Shown: piece by piece, positions 30,126 to 43,215 of the stretch
Layout: every line of letters begins with the position of its first letter
Position numbering within the stretch: the first letter of the stretch is position 1
Source: the human T2T-CHM13v2.0 reference genome, Homo sapiens
Direction: 5' to 3' (one strand)
DNA length: 64,000 nt
Assembly: GCF_009914755.1 (NCBI RefSeq)
Contig: NC_060936.1
Notes under the pieces: generated by a model
What the model was told of the DNA's origin: nothing
Seen by the model: only the letters and a program-made list of their open reading frames with translations
Databases searched by the model: none
Translations under genes and position numbers: made by a program

Positions 30126-30519
30126 CAGTTATCAGTGAAACAAGATTAGTGGTAAGAGAAATCTACCAAAATATTTCATTTTCTTTCAAGAGCAGAAAAT
30201 GAGCCTTCTCTGTAATATGTGCATTTTTAATCTAGCATATAGAAAAGTTTAGAATACATTGCCTGATGATGATGATTATAATGACAATGAAATGGTAACA
30301 ACAGCAGTAATTATTATGACAAAAAGATACCCCACAGTTGTAAGAACCAAATGCAAATGTCTCAGCAAAAATACCAGTGTGGATTATGGGACCTAGTAGG
30401 TTATTACTAGGAATTGACAGTAACAGGAAGATTATGCTGAGATACTGTAATTGGAGATGTGAGTGGCTCAAGTCCAGCATAAATTCCATGCTGTCTCCAG
30501 AGGAAAACCAAACACATAA

Positions 30520-30855
<336 letters not shown>

Positions 30856-31049
30856 CATTAGAGAATATTTGATAAATATTTGGTGTGTAACATTCAGATA
30901 AACACTGCAGACCACTTTCAGTCTTTTCAGCTGTTCTTGTACATAGAGTAGTATAACATCATATTTAAACATGAAGGACAGCAATAAAACTGTTTAACTT
31001 CAGCACCACCACATAATGTCAGAAACATTAAAAGAAGATGCAAATGTCT

Positions 31050-31950
31050 AAAGCTATAGGAATTGTAATTTGGAGTAAGCAATGGGTTCTATGAAAAAAA
31101 TTGCTCTGACAAAACCAATTGCAGTTTTGATAGAATTATAAAATCAGTCGTTTGTGGGAAGGCAGTTATATTTGAACATTATCAAATCCTTTGCCAATTA
31201 TTCATGCAATTTTAAATAATTCAGATTAGACTTAAACATGAGCAATCACTAAATGAAACGATTCAATGAAAACTGGCTCAGGATCTATAGATAAAGAGGG
31301 CACAGTAAAAACAATATGTGAAGCTGGAATTGGGGCTTGAGTGGGATTGCTCTTTCCAGGCTTAATATCTTTATTAACAGAGCAGGTGATGGAATAGCAG
31401 TGTGAAATGTTGCATTAGGTCTTTTCAGGTGAGTCTTTAAATATAAGAAAAAAGAACAATGGGAATAAAAACCCAGAGAAGTAAAAAATTACAGCAGGAA
31501 ATTAAAAGCTGCCTTTTAGATTGTAAAATTCAGTCTAAATTATGTGGTGCAAAGTGTCCCGAGTTCCTGAATAAATTCATAGAGTTTATTTAGAATATCT
31601 GGTGATGCCTAAAAGGCCATTGGGTAACAGCAGGCAGGAAATTTAAAATAAATTCATGATAACAGTGTCTCTTTGCATTCTAGACTTCTCACCAAAAAGA
31701 GTTCAAGTTGAGCTCTGTATACTTTGTAAAATGGTGAAAACTGGGAACTAGAAGTTCAAATGTTAACTGAAAGACAATAGGATTACAATGGCTGTGTATA
31801 GGTTAATTGGGGAAAGTACATTTAGCTTTCCAAAAGGCTACGCTATCTTCCTATTTATTTTGATAGCAATTTAAAAATAGATATGAGAGATACTGAATTA
31901 AAATAGAATACTGGAACATTTTGGGGAAATATAGAAAAATAAAGTACAAT
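31050..31950 (+). mobile_element. Possible highly decayed L3/CR1 LINE remnant
   Basis: Weak resemblance to CR1 RT-region sequence (e.g. 'aatatctttattaac...gatggaatag'). Very diverged. Confidence 0.3.
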
Positions 31951-32104
31951 AAATGCCAGATCTATATTGCTAAAGAGCCTGCTGAGGTATCTGTTTCTAT
32001 AAACTTTAGACATAATTCACTATCGACAAAGTTGAGAGAATGTAACTTGGAAATGGAATAAACTTGCAAACAGAGAAATATCATTTATCAAAATTGTCAT
32101 CAAT

Positions 32105-32505
32105 TAGATTAGAGTTTTTGAACTGGAAAAGACCTTAGAGATCTGCATTTTATAGAGGAGTAAACTGAAACTCAGAGTGATTTAGTAACTTGCTGAGAAT
32201 GACATAGCCATTCTGAAGCCGACATTATCTCCTGCTCCTGTGCTCATCCTGCTCAGCCATGACTGGTCACTGGGTCAATGATGATATAATTGCCATGGCT
32301 AATTTCTCTCCTTGTTGAAAAACTGGCTAAGAGCTTAGATTCTGCAGTCAAGCTATTTGGGTTCAAATCCTGGCTCTACTGTTTTCTAGTATGGTAACCT
32401 TAGCCTCTCTCTCTTTCCTAATCTTTATAATGGGGATAATAATAACACTTGCTTCTTAGTATCGACGAAAGGATTAAATTAGTTAATGTGTGTAAAATGT
32501 TAGAA
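32105..32505. mobile_element. Two MIR fragments (minus, then plus)
   Basis: 'cattttatagaggagtaaactgaaactcagag' (minus) and 'gggttcaaatcctggctctact...aatggggataataata' (plus). Confidence 0.7.
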
Positions 32506-32509
32506 GTCC

Positions 32510-32745
32510 AGATTTTATGCTGCTAAATTTCATATAAAACATCACAGAGATTTTTGAAATGCTTTCATGGAATTTATGAAACAAGGAAGAATTCATCCCA
32601 AATGTAATAGGAAGATCTACTCTTAGAGGTTTTCCTCATATTTTGGTTGAGAGAGGATCCAAAGTTATTTCTGGAAAACTGTATATTTTCTTTGTAGTTT
32701 GTAGTGAAACACCAGTGAAGGTACTCTGTAATCATCATTGCCCAA
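32510..32745 (+). repeat. Copy 1 of a ~235-bp local direct duplication
   Basis: Aligns end to end with 35000-35233; both read 'tgctgctaaattt.atataaaacatca.agagatttttgaaatgc...taatcatcattgcccaa'. Confidence 0.95.
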
Positions 32746-32791
32746 GTCAGGTGCATTCTATAGTCAGGCCTTCACATCACATGGAGGATTG

Positions 32792-32887
32792 GATATATAT
32801 ACATATACATATACGTGTATATATATATGAATATACATGTACATGTGTATACATATATGTATATGAATATACATGTATACATATACA
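32792..32887. repeat. (TA)/(TACA)-rich microsatellite
   Basis: Visible purine-pyrimidine alternation. Confidence 0.85.
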
Positions 32888-33161
32888 AATAACTTTTAAA
32901 AAATATTATTTCAGTTATTCATCCTTGTGACTTAGGAAAAAGCAAGAGCTAGAAGGAATCCTTTACTTAGATGATGATTGAGAACATACTTGAGTACAAA
33001 ACAGCACTTAACTGAGAAAACTCAAACTTCTTATTTCCTTAGGTGTCTAATGTGTTTCAACCATTTTGCATGTTTTCTTAGGAAAGGAAAGCTAGTAATT
33101 GCATTAAAAATGTTTTATTATGGAGGATTTGATGCTATAGAATAATTGATATTGTATCAAT

Positions 33162-34864
33162 TGTATTAGTCTGTTCTTGCACTGCTATAAAGAAATACCT
33201 GAGACAGGGTAATTTATAAAGAAAAAAGGTCCAATTGGCTCACACTTCTGCAGGCTGTACTAGAAGCATAGTGACATCTGCTTCTGGGGAGGCCTCAGGG
33301 ACCTTTTACTAATGGCAAAGGCAAAGTGGGAGAAGGCTTCTTAGATGGCAGGAGCAAGACCAAGAGAGAGAGGAGGCAGGTGCTACACACTTTTGAATGA
33401 CCAGATCTCATGAGAGATCTCACTTTCATGGGAACAGCACCAAGGGGGAAATCTGCCCCAATTCCCCATTTCCCCTCTGCATGCCCTAGTAGAGATTCTC
33501 CATGAGGGCTCTGCCCCTGCAGCAGACTTCTACATGGACATCCAGGCTTTTCCCTACATCCTCTGAAATCTACTCAGAGGCTCCCAAGCCGCAACTGTTG
33601 CACTCTGCACACCCACTGGTGTAACACTGCATGGAAGCTGCCAAGGCTTATGGCTTGCACCCTCTGAAGCAGTGACCCTAGCTGTACCTGTACCCCTTGG
33701 AGCCAAAGCTGGAGCTGGAGGAGCTGGGATGCAGGGAGCAGTGTCCCAAGGTTGCACAGGGCAGCAGGGCCCTGGATGTGGCCCACGAAATCATTCTTCC
33801 CTCGTAGGGCTCTGGGCTTGTAATGGAAGGGGCTGCTATGAAGGTCTCTGAAATGCCTCTGAGGCATTTTCCCCATTGTCTTTGCTATTAGCATTTGGCT
33901 CCCTTTTACTCGTGCAAATTTCTGTAGCCTGCTTGAATTCCTCCCCTGAAAATGGGTTTTCTTTTCTACCACATGGCCAGGCTGCAAATTTTTAAAACTT
34001 TTATGCTCTGCTTCTCCTTTAAATATAAGTTTCAGTTTTATGTCATTTCTTTCCTCATGCATATGAGCATAGGCTGTTAAAAGCAGCCAGGCCACATCTT
34101 GAACACTTTGCTGCTTAGAAATTTCTTCCACCAGATACCCTAAACCATCACTCTCAAGTTCAAAATTCCACAGAACCCTATGGTAGGGGCACAATGCTCT
34201 CAGGTTCTTTGCTAATGCATAACAAAAGTGACCTTTGCTGCAGTTCTCCGTAAGTTCTTCATCTCCATCTGAGACCTCATCAGCCTTGACTTTATTGTCC
34301 TTATCACTATCAGCATTTTGGTTACAACAATTTAACAAGTCTCTGGGAAGTTCCAAATTTTCTCTCATCTTCCTGTCTTCTTCTGAGACCTCCACATTAT
34401 TCCAACTTCTGCCAGTTACCCAATTCAAAAACTGCTTCCACATATTTAGGTATTTTTATATACGAATGCCCCACTCCTTAGTATCAATTTTCTGTATTAG
34501 TCCATTGTTGCACTGCTCTAAAGAAATACCTGAGACTGGGTAATTTATACAAAAAAGAGGTTAAATTGGCTTCCTAGTTCTGCAATCTGTACGGGAAGCA
34601 TAGTGGCATCTGCTTCTGAGGAGGCCTCAGGGAAATTTTACTCATGGTGGAAGGCAAAGCAGGAGCAGGCTTCTTACATGGCGGGAGCAGGGCCAAGAGA
34701 GAAGGGGGAGGTGGTACACACTTTTAAATGACCAGATCTCATGATAACTCACTCATTTTCATGGGAACAGCACCAAGGGGGGAATCCACCCCCATGATCC
34801 AATTCAACAGGAGATTGCAATTCAACATGAGATTTGGGTGGGGACACAGATCCAAACCACATTA
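33162..34864 (-). mobile_element. MST (MSTA/B) MaLR with two LTRs and internal region; deletion at the internal/3'LTR junction
   Basis: LTRs at 33162-~33457 (truncated) and 34493-34864. Internal ORF 33574..34443 carries the typical MaLR sequence SEEDRKMRENLELPRDLLN...LGYLVEEISKQQS. Confidence 0.92.
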
Positions 34865-34924
34865 CCACCTGAGGTGAAAAGCTTGTCAATTCATGGCCAA
34901 CCTTATTTAATCTATACAGCTTCT

Positions 34925-35361
34925 CCAGTGGTATACTGGAGGTGGCTTGCACCAGTTGGAAAGAATGGATTGTGAGTGTCTCTTCCCAGCTCTAATTCTA
35001 GATTTCATGCTGCTAAATTTAATATAAAACATCATAGAGATTTTTGAAATGCTTTTATGGAATTTATGAAACAAGGAAGAATTTATCTCAAATGTAATAG
35101 GAAGATCTACTCTTAGAAGTCTTTTTCTGCATTATTATAGTTGGGAGAGGATCCACAGTTATTTCTGGAAAATTTGTATATTTTCTTTGTAATTAAACAC
35201 CTGTGAAGGTAGTCTATAATCATCATTGCCCAATACTGATAGCTTGAAATTTGTCGTGGTGGGTGTATTTGTACCATGGCAATCAGTAGATGATACATAT
35301 AACACCAATCAGGCCCTCATTCCACTCAAGCTGGTTGTTAAGCATTTACTAGAACACCACT
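34925..35361 (+). mobile_element. MER63A (hAT-Blackjack) interrupted by the duplicated segment
   Basis: TIRs CCAGTGGTATACTGG / CTAGAACACCACT. Internal 'tctcttcccagctc' and 'tagcttgaaatt...tggtgggtgtattt' are separated by the 235-bp insert. Confidence 0.8.
35000..35233 (+). repeat. Copy 2 of the ~235-bp local direct duplication
   Basis: See 32510-32745. Confidence 0.95.
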
Positions 35362-35364
35362 ATG

Positions 35365-37670
35365 TTTCTCAGTTTTCCCTTTCACAATATTTTGAGGCAA
35401 ATCCCAGAAATGATATCATATTATTTGTAAATATTTTAGTATGTAGTCACCCCACCCAAATTAACAATAAGTCTTTACTATCCAATTACCAATCATGGCT
35501 GGGTGTGGTGGCTCACACCTCTAATCCGAGCATTTTGGGAGCCTAAAGTGGAAGGATTGATCACTTGAGCTGGGAGGTTGAGAGAGCAGTGAGTAGTGAT
35601 CATGCCATTGTACTCCAGCCTGGGCGGCAGAGCAAGGCCCTGTCTCAAAAAACAGACAAACCCCATCAAAAACCCAAGAACAAATTATTTATCAGTAATC
35701 AAATTTCCAACTTTCTTTCTCTGTTTGAATTAGGATATATGTAAGGCCTCTTCAGGGTAATTGGTTGATATGTTTGTTGACTCTCTTTTAACTTATAGGT
35801 TTCATCTCTTCTTTATTTTTTTACTTGCAGTTTATTAAGGAAATTAGTTTGTTTTGTGATTGTTCCCTACAGTGGTGATTTTGCTGACTATATTCCTGTG
35901 AAATACAATCAGTAAATGTTACCATGTTGTTAAACGTGTTATTCTGTTCTTTGCCTTTCCTGTAAATTCATTGTTGGATCCAGAGTCTTAATCAGACTCA
36001 AGTTCAATTTTTAGAAATTTTATTTATTTATTTATTTATTGCCAAACTGCTCTGTCCTTTAGTTAAGAGGCAGGTGATATTTGGTTATCTCTTGTTTTGC
36101 TATATTATCAGCTGTTAATAATCATTACTTAGTCTATTATTTCATTAGGAATTGCAAAATGGTGATGTTCGAATTCAAATGTATTATAGAATATTTCTAT
36201 AAAGAGATAACTTCCTTCATCTTCTACTTTATAATCCAGTGGTACAGTTTATATAAGAAAAGCAGGATAAGTGGTTGAATTCTTTACTGGTTTTAAAAAT
36301 AATAAGTTGGTTTCACTGGCATGTCTTAAATCAATTCAGCACTTTTTTCCTTCTTTTTCTTTTGAATATTATTATGAACTCATGAATCTAAACATATTTG
36401 ATGTGTTTCAATACATTGCAGTTGTTATTCTCATTGAGCCTCAAAGTATCCCTTCTTTGGCTAGTGGGAGTCTCTTTCAGTCAGCTTCTGCATCCTTTTC
36501 ACATGACTGCAGTTGTCTTTGGAGGTTTCCTCATGATCTTGTGCATTTCCTGCCTCAGACCTGGGATCAGCCATTTTTTAAAGAGCCTTGTTTCTTTTCA
36601 GTGGGGAATGGTATTTAGAGAACACAATCCAGGTGGCCTTTTAAGGGCACAGAGCTAAGAAATGGTTTCTTTTATGCTGTTTTTTAAAAAAAGATAAAAT
36701 AAATTATGAGTTTAAAATGATACTTCAAATTCAAGATTACAATGTTTGTATGTAATTCTTCTTTTATCTGTATCTCCTTTTGCCTATGCCAAGGATCTTA
36801 TCAATTACAGTGAGAATGATAGAGTTAAAAATATTAAAGATATTCAATAATTACTTATTTGCTCTATTATACATAATAGTCTCTGAATAACAGTGCCTAC
36901 ATTACTGCTAACAATATGATAACTAAAAAGAATTTGACATTTTATTTTATTTTACTTTGTGCACATTTTTTGATGAGACATATTCCACTGGGGCTATACA
37001 GTCAAGTGTGTTTTAATGTTATTTGGAATTATCTTGCCATCATCTGGACACACACTTAGGTATATTTATTTCATATTATTTTAAAATATTTTATTTAAAT
37101 TTTATTTCTTTTCCTAGTTAAGTGAAATACATTCTTCCAAAGTCAAATCTCTAAAACAAGGTATATCTCAAGAAGTCTACCTTATTTCCTCCCTCCCCCA
37201 TATATAGCCATTTCAACAATTGTTATGGTTTATCTTTTTTTTAATAAGCACCAAAAATTGACAATCACTGGACTGTAGTTTATTCCATCACATATCTCTT
37301 GGTGAATATTTATTCATCAATAGGATGTTTCTATTTCCCTAGGCCTTTCTAAAAGATTGCTTTGTCAAATTTTTGCAGATTTGCCTATCTAAGAGTGCAA
37401 AATGGTATATCAGTAAAGTTTTCATTTGCCTCTTGTAGTTGAGAACCACTTGCATTTTTTTCTGGGCTATAGCCCGTTTTTCTATAAGGCTAATGGAAAT
37501 TTTGTTCCCTATTTTTAGAAGCTCTTCATGTATCAGGGACATTAACCTTTTGTGTGATATATGTTGTAAATTTACATTTTCTCCCCATTCACCACTTTAT
37601 TTTTACTTTGCTTATGGTGTCTCTTTCCAAGCAAAATATTTTTTATTTCTATTTAATAATTTTTTTCTTA
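35365..37670 (-). mobile_element. Old LINE-1 3' region (L1MC4/L1MC5/L1ME-type)
   Basis: T-rich antisense L1 with 'tttgaggcaaatcccaga', 'ctttggctagtgggagtctctt' and 'gagaaccacttgcattttt'. Confidence 0.65.
35497..35652 (+). mobile_element. Alu monomer / internally deleted AluJ
   Basis: Alu start joined to the right-arm end and A tail. Confidence 0.8.
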
Positions 37671-38656
37671 AATCATTTGGTCCCATCTGGGAGTCTTATA
37701 GGGAGAGAGATGTTTTTTCCAGGATTAGTCATTGGTGAGAAAGTTTAACAATGGGAACTTTAGGAGAAAATAAATCAACACTGCTGGAGTATGGAATTTA
37801 GCGCAATGTACTTAGATGCTCGATAATCCCTGTGACTTCTTCATGATTGTTAACAGGTGTTCAATGGTGTTGGCTGGAAAAAACTTCAAGCTGGGCCCAT
37901 TAAATTCTCTCTAGGATGTGTGATCTTATTCTCTTCTTGGCTTCTGAACAAGTTGGTGCATTAATGCGGTTTTTATAAAGCATTGATGCTTCACACTGTG
38001 CTTATTTGTAAAGCAATTCATGTAATAAAAATAGAGTCCTGATACATTGGAAGCCTCTGGAAATGGGGAGAGTGGATTATATTCACTCCCCTGGAGTGAG
38101 CTAATTAAGAGAATTCAATGAAAATTCTGTTACCAATTTAGATTTTCTGCTTTCATCTCCTTATATATATCTACAGGTGCATAGCAGTCATCATGTGACT
38201 CATATAGCTCCACTTGTTCTTTAACTCAGCTTCAGTGAGGTGGTTTACAATTGAGATGTTGTAATTTCCTTTTATGGAGATTATGTGCATGAACTCAGAA
38301 GGAGTAGAGACTTTATACTGGAAGTCAATTCCTATCTTTTTTTTTTATTTTGGGGGGAAGTTTCAGAAATATGGATGACTACAAGCCCTGACATAAACAT
38401 TAATATCATCTTATCTTTGTTTTTTATGTTTTTCATATTTGTTGGGTATTTTCACATAAATAATCTTACAAGAACTGCATGAGGTAGATGGGGCTTTATA
38501 TTCATATATCATGCATGAGAGAATTCAGAAATTTTAAATGACTTGCTCAATGGCTCACAGCTTATAAAGAAGTAAGGGCTTGTACTAAGGTCTAGCTACA
38601 GCTATAGGGTTCTTTGGTAGCTAGGCTCATCCTTTTGTTGAAGTGCAGTAGAGCAG

Positions 38657-38928
38657 TTTTTTTTTTAATTTTAAGAAACAGGGCCTTGCTCTGTCTCCCA
38701 GGTTGGAGTGCAGCGGCACAGTCATAGCTCACTGCAGCCTAGAACTCCTGCTTCAGCCTCCCTGGTAGCTAGAACTACGGGTGTGTGCCATCACACCCAG
38801 CTAATTTTTAACTTTTTTTGTAGAGATGGGGTCTCAGTATGTTTCCAGGCTGGTCTGGAACCCCTTGGCCTCAAGCAATCCTCTCTCCTTGGCCTCCCAA
38901 ATTCTGAGATTACAGGTGTGAGCCACTG
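38657..38928 (-). mobile_element. AluJ
   Basis: Reverse Alu; TSD agtagagcagtttt. Confidence 0.9.
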
Positions 38929-39045
38929 TGTAGTAGAGCAGTTTTATTAAAAGAAAAAGATATTGTTTGAATGTTATGATTTGTCACACTAGATTAAAGA
39001 GGAGAAAAGAGGCATATTCTATTTCATAGTAACATAATATATAGG

Positions 39046-39640
39046 TTGTTTAGGGGCCAAGGGAAAACTTTTCCCCTTCACCCTCTGAAGTTTCACTGAA
39101 AAATAAACTAACAAAAGGCAACTGGATTGGAGAAAAGGCATATAAATTTATAAATGTAAATACAGGGAGAACAAAGTGGTTACTCACTCACCAACAGGGA
39201 TCAGAATCTTATATATTAATACCATCCTAAGGTTATAGAAAGACAGGTAACTAGAATCCTGGCCAAACAGATTATGAGAGGGAGGAGAGGAGGAATTCTG
39301 TTGAGGGACAATAAAGGATTACTAAGGAGAATAAATGGATCTGGCAACAAAAATTAACTTGTAAATAGTTCTCTTTGGAATTGGAATGAGGCTGGCAGGC
39401 AGACATTTTCTTGGGAAAGGGTCTGTTCAGGTGTGGTTATCTTCTTGGTCTTACTAACATGGAGAGGAAGAAAAAAAAAGATTGTCTTTTTCGTGGGCCA
39501 GGACTTGAGGCAGATAAAGGAATTTCAGCCTGGCTTTGGTAGCGTAATGGAGGAGAAGTCAGGGAGATCTTGAGGCCTCTTCTTTAGTTCAGCTTGTCAA
39601 AGCACTGTGTTTTGGGATGTTGGCTTTTGGGCCTCAATAT
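39046..39640 (-). mobile_element. MER34-group ERV1 solo LTR
   Basis: 'taggggccaagggaaaacttttccccttcaccctctgaag...ggagaaaaggcatataaattt' and 'gtcaaagcac...ttttggg'. Confidence 0.75.
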
Positions 39641-39744
39641 AGTGTAAAAGAGTTGTATGATTGTAAAAGGGAATAACTATGGGTATTGTCTAGTCAACTC
39701 TTGCCCTACAGAGAGGAAACACAAGTTCTGTGATGATTAAATGG

Positions 39745-39830
39745 TCTTGAGCTCCTGGCCTCAAGCAATGCTCTCACCTTGGCCTCTCAAAGTGCTGAGA
39801 TTACAGGTGTGAGCCACCACATCTGACCCT
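39745..39830 (-). mobile_element. Alu fragment
   Basis: 'ctcctggcctcaagcaat...gattacaggtgtgagccacc'. Confidence 0.8.
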
Positions 39831-39917
39831 GTGATTGTTAAATGGTTTGTCTCAAGTCTTGTCATATGTTGTTGGTGCAGCCTGATCTCTGTTTATTGAG
39901 GAGACAGAAAAGGTGAC

Positions 39918-42900
39918 TGTCATGGGTGTCACTGGCTGGAGCCAGCATTGCAGGCAGTAAAATAATTTACCAAGACAGTTGTAGGTAAAACAAAAAAGCA
40001 GATTTATTGGAGGGAAAGTACATTGCAAGGAAGCAATGGGCAGCACAGCAGAGAAGGGGCTTTCTGCAAAGAGGCAGGGGCTGGATTGAAGTTTTATAGG
40101 CTATTCACAGAACAAGGACGTGCTGCTGGGGCTATGTGGAGAGCAAGGTAATTGTGCCAGTGGTTTGTTTGTGATTAGCTGTCTCTTGGAATAATTGTTC
40201 TCCCCCACCTGGGACCCCTTCCTTGTTGCTGATTACTTATTAAGACTCCACATCCCCCCCACCCCCAAGTCCCAATAGAAAAACAATGACAAATCTTTGG
40301 CATTGGGGTGGAAGTTTCATCTTCCAACTACTTCCTGCTGACTGTGGGTGTAACGCTGACTCTACCTATGGTTTTTGGTCTGTCAAGAGACCCTGTGAGT
40401 CATTGTCCTGGATTGTGGGACTTAGGATATTAGATCTTGCTGGAGGGACTCATCAAACAGCGGGAGCATGTCAAGGCAAAGCTCGTGTCCAGCTGAATCC
40501 AGGGGAGATCATAAAGGTAGCAGGCATCACTGGGGAGAGACTGATCTCATTCACAGCATCACTTGAAAGAAACTGCTGAATTCTAGAAGATAAAATTTTC
40601 TTTCTTAAGTCAGTTACCAAAAAGGCAAAGGAAAACCTCTTGCAATGTGACGTTTTTCCTTATTGGAAGCCAATTTAGATAACCTGGAAGTTAAACTCAG
40701 CGAAAAAGTGTTTGAATTTAATTAGACACAGCATAAGGAACCAATTTTAGAGAGACTATTGTGTCTTAATTACATACAACATTCCTTTTATAAATTTCCT
40801 TTCACAGATTTTCTCATAACTTACGCAGACCATCAATGAATGCTTGGACTTTCCGACTTGTCCTAAACATACCTCTTTTTAAACAACCAGTCATTTTACT
40901 TTAGGAAAAGAATTTCCCACACAAGATCCTTTCTCATAGAAAATCTCTTTTTTATAACCTTCCTTACAAAAAACTACCTCTTTACCTTTATAACCCTTGA
41001 ATTAGACAAAAGTCATTTTTCTTCTGTTAGGAAGTTATGGTTTGTATCACATGTTGCTGTGCAAGTCCTGTGAAAGGGGAGCAGATGAGGAGGTGATCTA
41101 CATACTGTAGAAGCTATCCCTCCCCCAAGAGATTGCTCGGTTAGATTTCTTGCTAGTGTTTGTCTGAATAAGTGTGGGCTATTTTTAAACCTTTGAGGTA
41201 GGACTATCTAGGTTGAAGATATTGGCTAAAAATTTAGGTAGCTTTTCCAGGAGAAACAGGGCTAGTAGAGAGAAAGATGAATTCAGAGCTTGGGTAAATT
41301 TTAAGCATGCATCCATCTTGATAATTATATTTTTGCCCCAAAGGGATGTGGGTTATTTAGACATACCAGGGACTGGTGCAAGAATAGTAATTGATTTCTT
41401 AAGTAATATAAAGGGGTATTAATTCTTTTTCTTCTGGAGGATGGGGGTGCCATTTGCCCCCGTTACCCAACAGGATTTGGAGAACAGTTGCTCAGAGAAG
41501 ATTAGTACAGTGTAGGCAGCTCTTGAACCTAAAAGGGAAATGTAAAATTTTACTTGCTGCCTCCAGAGTTGCCCTTGGATTTGTCTTGTTGATGACCATG
41601 TCCAATTTGGAAGCCAGTTGGAGCAGAGGGCCCCTTCAGCTCAAGGCCATTGGGTGTTGGGACTCTGTCCCATGGTGTCTTTGACAGTCCTGTTTCTAGT
41701 GACCAAGATTGTGACAGAGTGGGCAAGCCACATGCGGCTTTTTTCCATTTATTCCATTGGGGCAGTTTGCCTTCCAGTGGACTGATCTTCTTCACTGATG
41801 GCAGTTACCTGGAGGCGTGTCCCTAGGGCAGCCTAGAGGGGGCTGGGGATTTGTAAAACAACCAAGAATTGAGCCTGACTCTTGTCCCTGAGTTTTTCTT
41901 TCTCCTTAGCCCTGTCCTTCTTATTCTGCTTCTGGTTATAAGAGACTGAGGGGACTAATTTCAGGATTTCTTGCATAGGAACCATGCTGTATTACATGAG
42001 AAAATTAGACATTTCTTTTTGAGAGTTTGAATTTATCCCAATGCTTTAAAATGCAGCCTGAGGGTGACTCTGAGGGAATGGAAGGACTTTGTCCCATGAT
42101 GGGACTGATGGGAAAGAACATCCACTAGGGATATGAACCACAGTTTCTCTTGGGGGATCCTGCCAAGTGAAAAGGGTTCCACTCACATCTGCTGAGTGAC
42201 TCTGAGATGCACTTTCCAAAGGGGCATCCCACCTATTGGAAAGGATCTTCTGGTGCTAGGGCCTTATGGTGGATGAACACTGGGTGAGTGACCCAAGGTC
42301 AGTCCCGGTACAAATTATCCTGGGTGGCCAGCCCAGGCACGAGTTCCTCTGGGCGTTCAATCCAAGTACGAGGGGAAGAGGTTGAGGAAAGACTCACTGT
42401 CCCAATGCTGTTTTGGATCAGCTGGCTTAAGATGTTTGGAGCAGGTGGCTGGCTGTCTTTATGGGAGAATTTAGAATAAGAAAGAGGGGGTATTAGTTCC
42501 CCCAAAACATGTGTGGGTTTGCCCTAGTCAAGCTTCTTCTGCCTATTGTGCTACACATAGGGATTGGGGACTTTTGACCAGAAAGGATAGGAAAGAGCCT
42601 TCTTTCCTTCTAAGCAAGGCTGCCAAATCTGTTCACTGCTTGGCCTTCAGCCTATCCCAGGAAGTGCCCTGACCAGTGGCCATCAGTTGCCAGAGGGATG
42701 CTAGAGTTTGTTCATGGGAAGACTGAAAAGGAAAGCAAACGCTGAACTCTCACTTGATTGGGCATCAGCAGTCAGAAGTTTTACCATGTGAACCTTCAAT
42801 TTTCTCTGGGCTTGGACACTGTCCACCGAAAGGCTGGAGTTGGAGGAGAAGAAAGGGAGAGAGTAGGGGAGAAGTCCCAGAGCACTCACCATATAGGCCA

Positions 42901-43215
42901 CCAAAATATCATGGGTGTGACTGCCTGGGGCTGGTGTCGTGGGAAAAGAATTTACCAAGACAATTGTAGGTAAAGAAAGGCAGATTTATTAGAGGGAAAG
43001 TACATTGCAAAGAAGCAATGGGCAGCACAGCAGAGAAGGGGCTATCTGCAAACAGGCATGGGCTGGAGGAAAGTTTTAGAAGATAGTGCTGCTGGGGCTA
43101 CATGCAGAGTGAGGCAGTTGTGCCAATGGGCTGTTTATGATTAGCTGTCTCTTGGAACAGTTTTTCTCCCCTACCTGGGACCCCTTCCTTATTGCTTACT
43201 GATCAGAACTCCACA
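39918..43215 (-). mobile_element. Two-LTR non-autonomous ERV1 provirus (MER83-like LTRs)
   Basis: 5' LTR 42907-43215 and 3' LTR 39918-40252. Perfect 5-bp TSD gtgac. PBS TGGTGGCCTATATGGTGA (42886-42903, minus) and G-rich PPT at 40253-40267. Gag remnant with two decayed zinc knuckles. Confidence 0.9.
41680..41812 (-). pseudogene. gag nucleocapsid remnant with two CCHC knuckles
   Basis: Minus-strand translation gives CHQ*RRSVHWKANC and CPLCHNLGH*KQDC. Confidence 0.8.
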
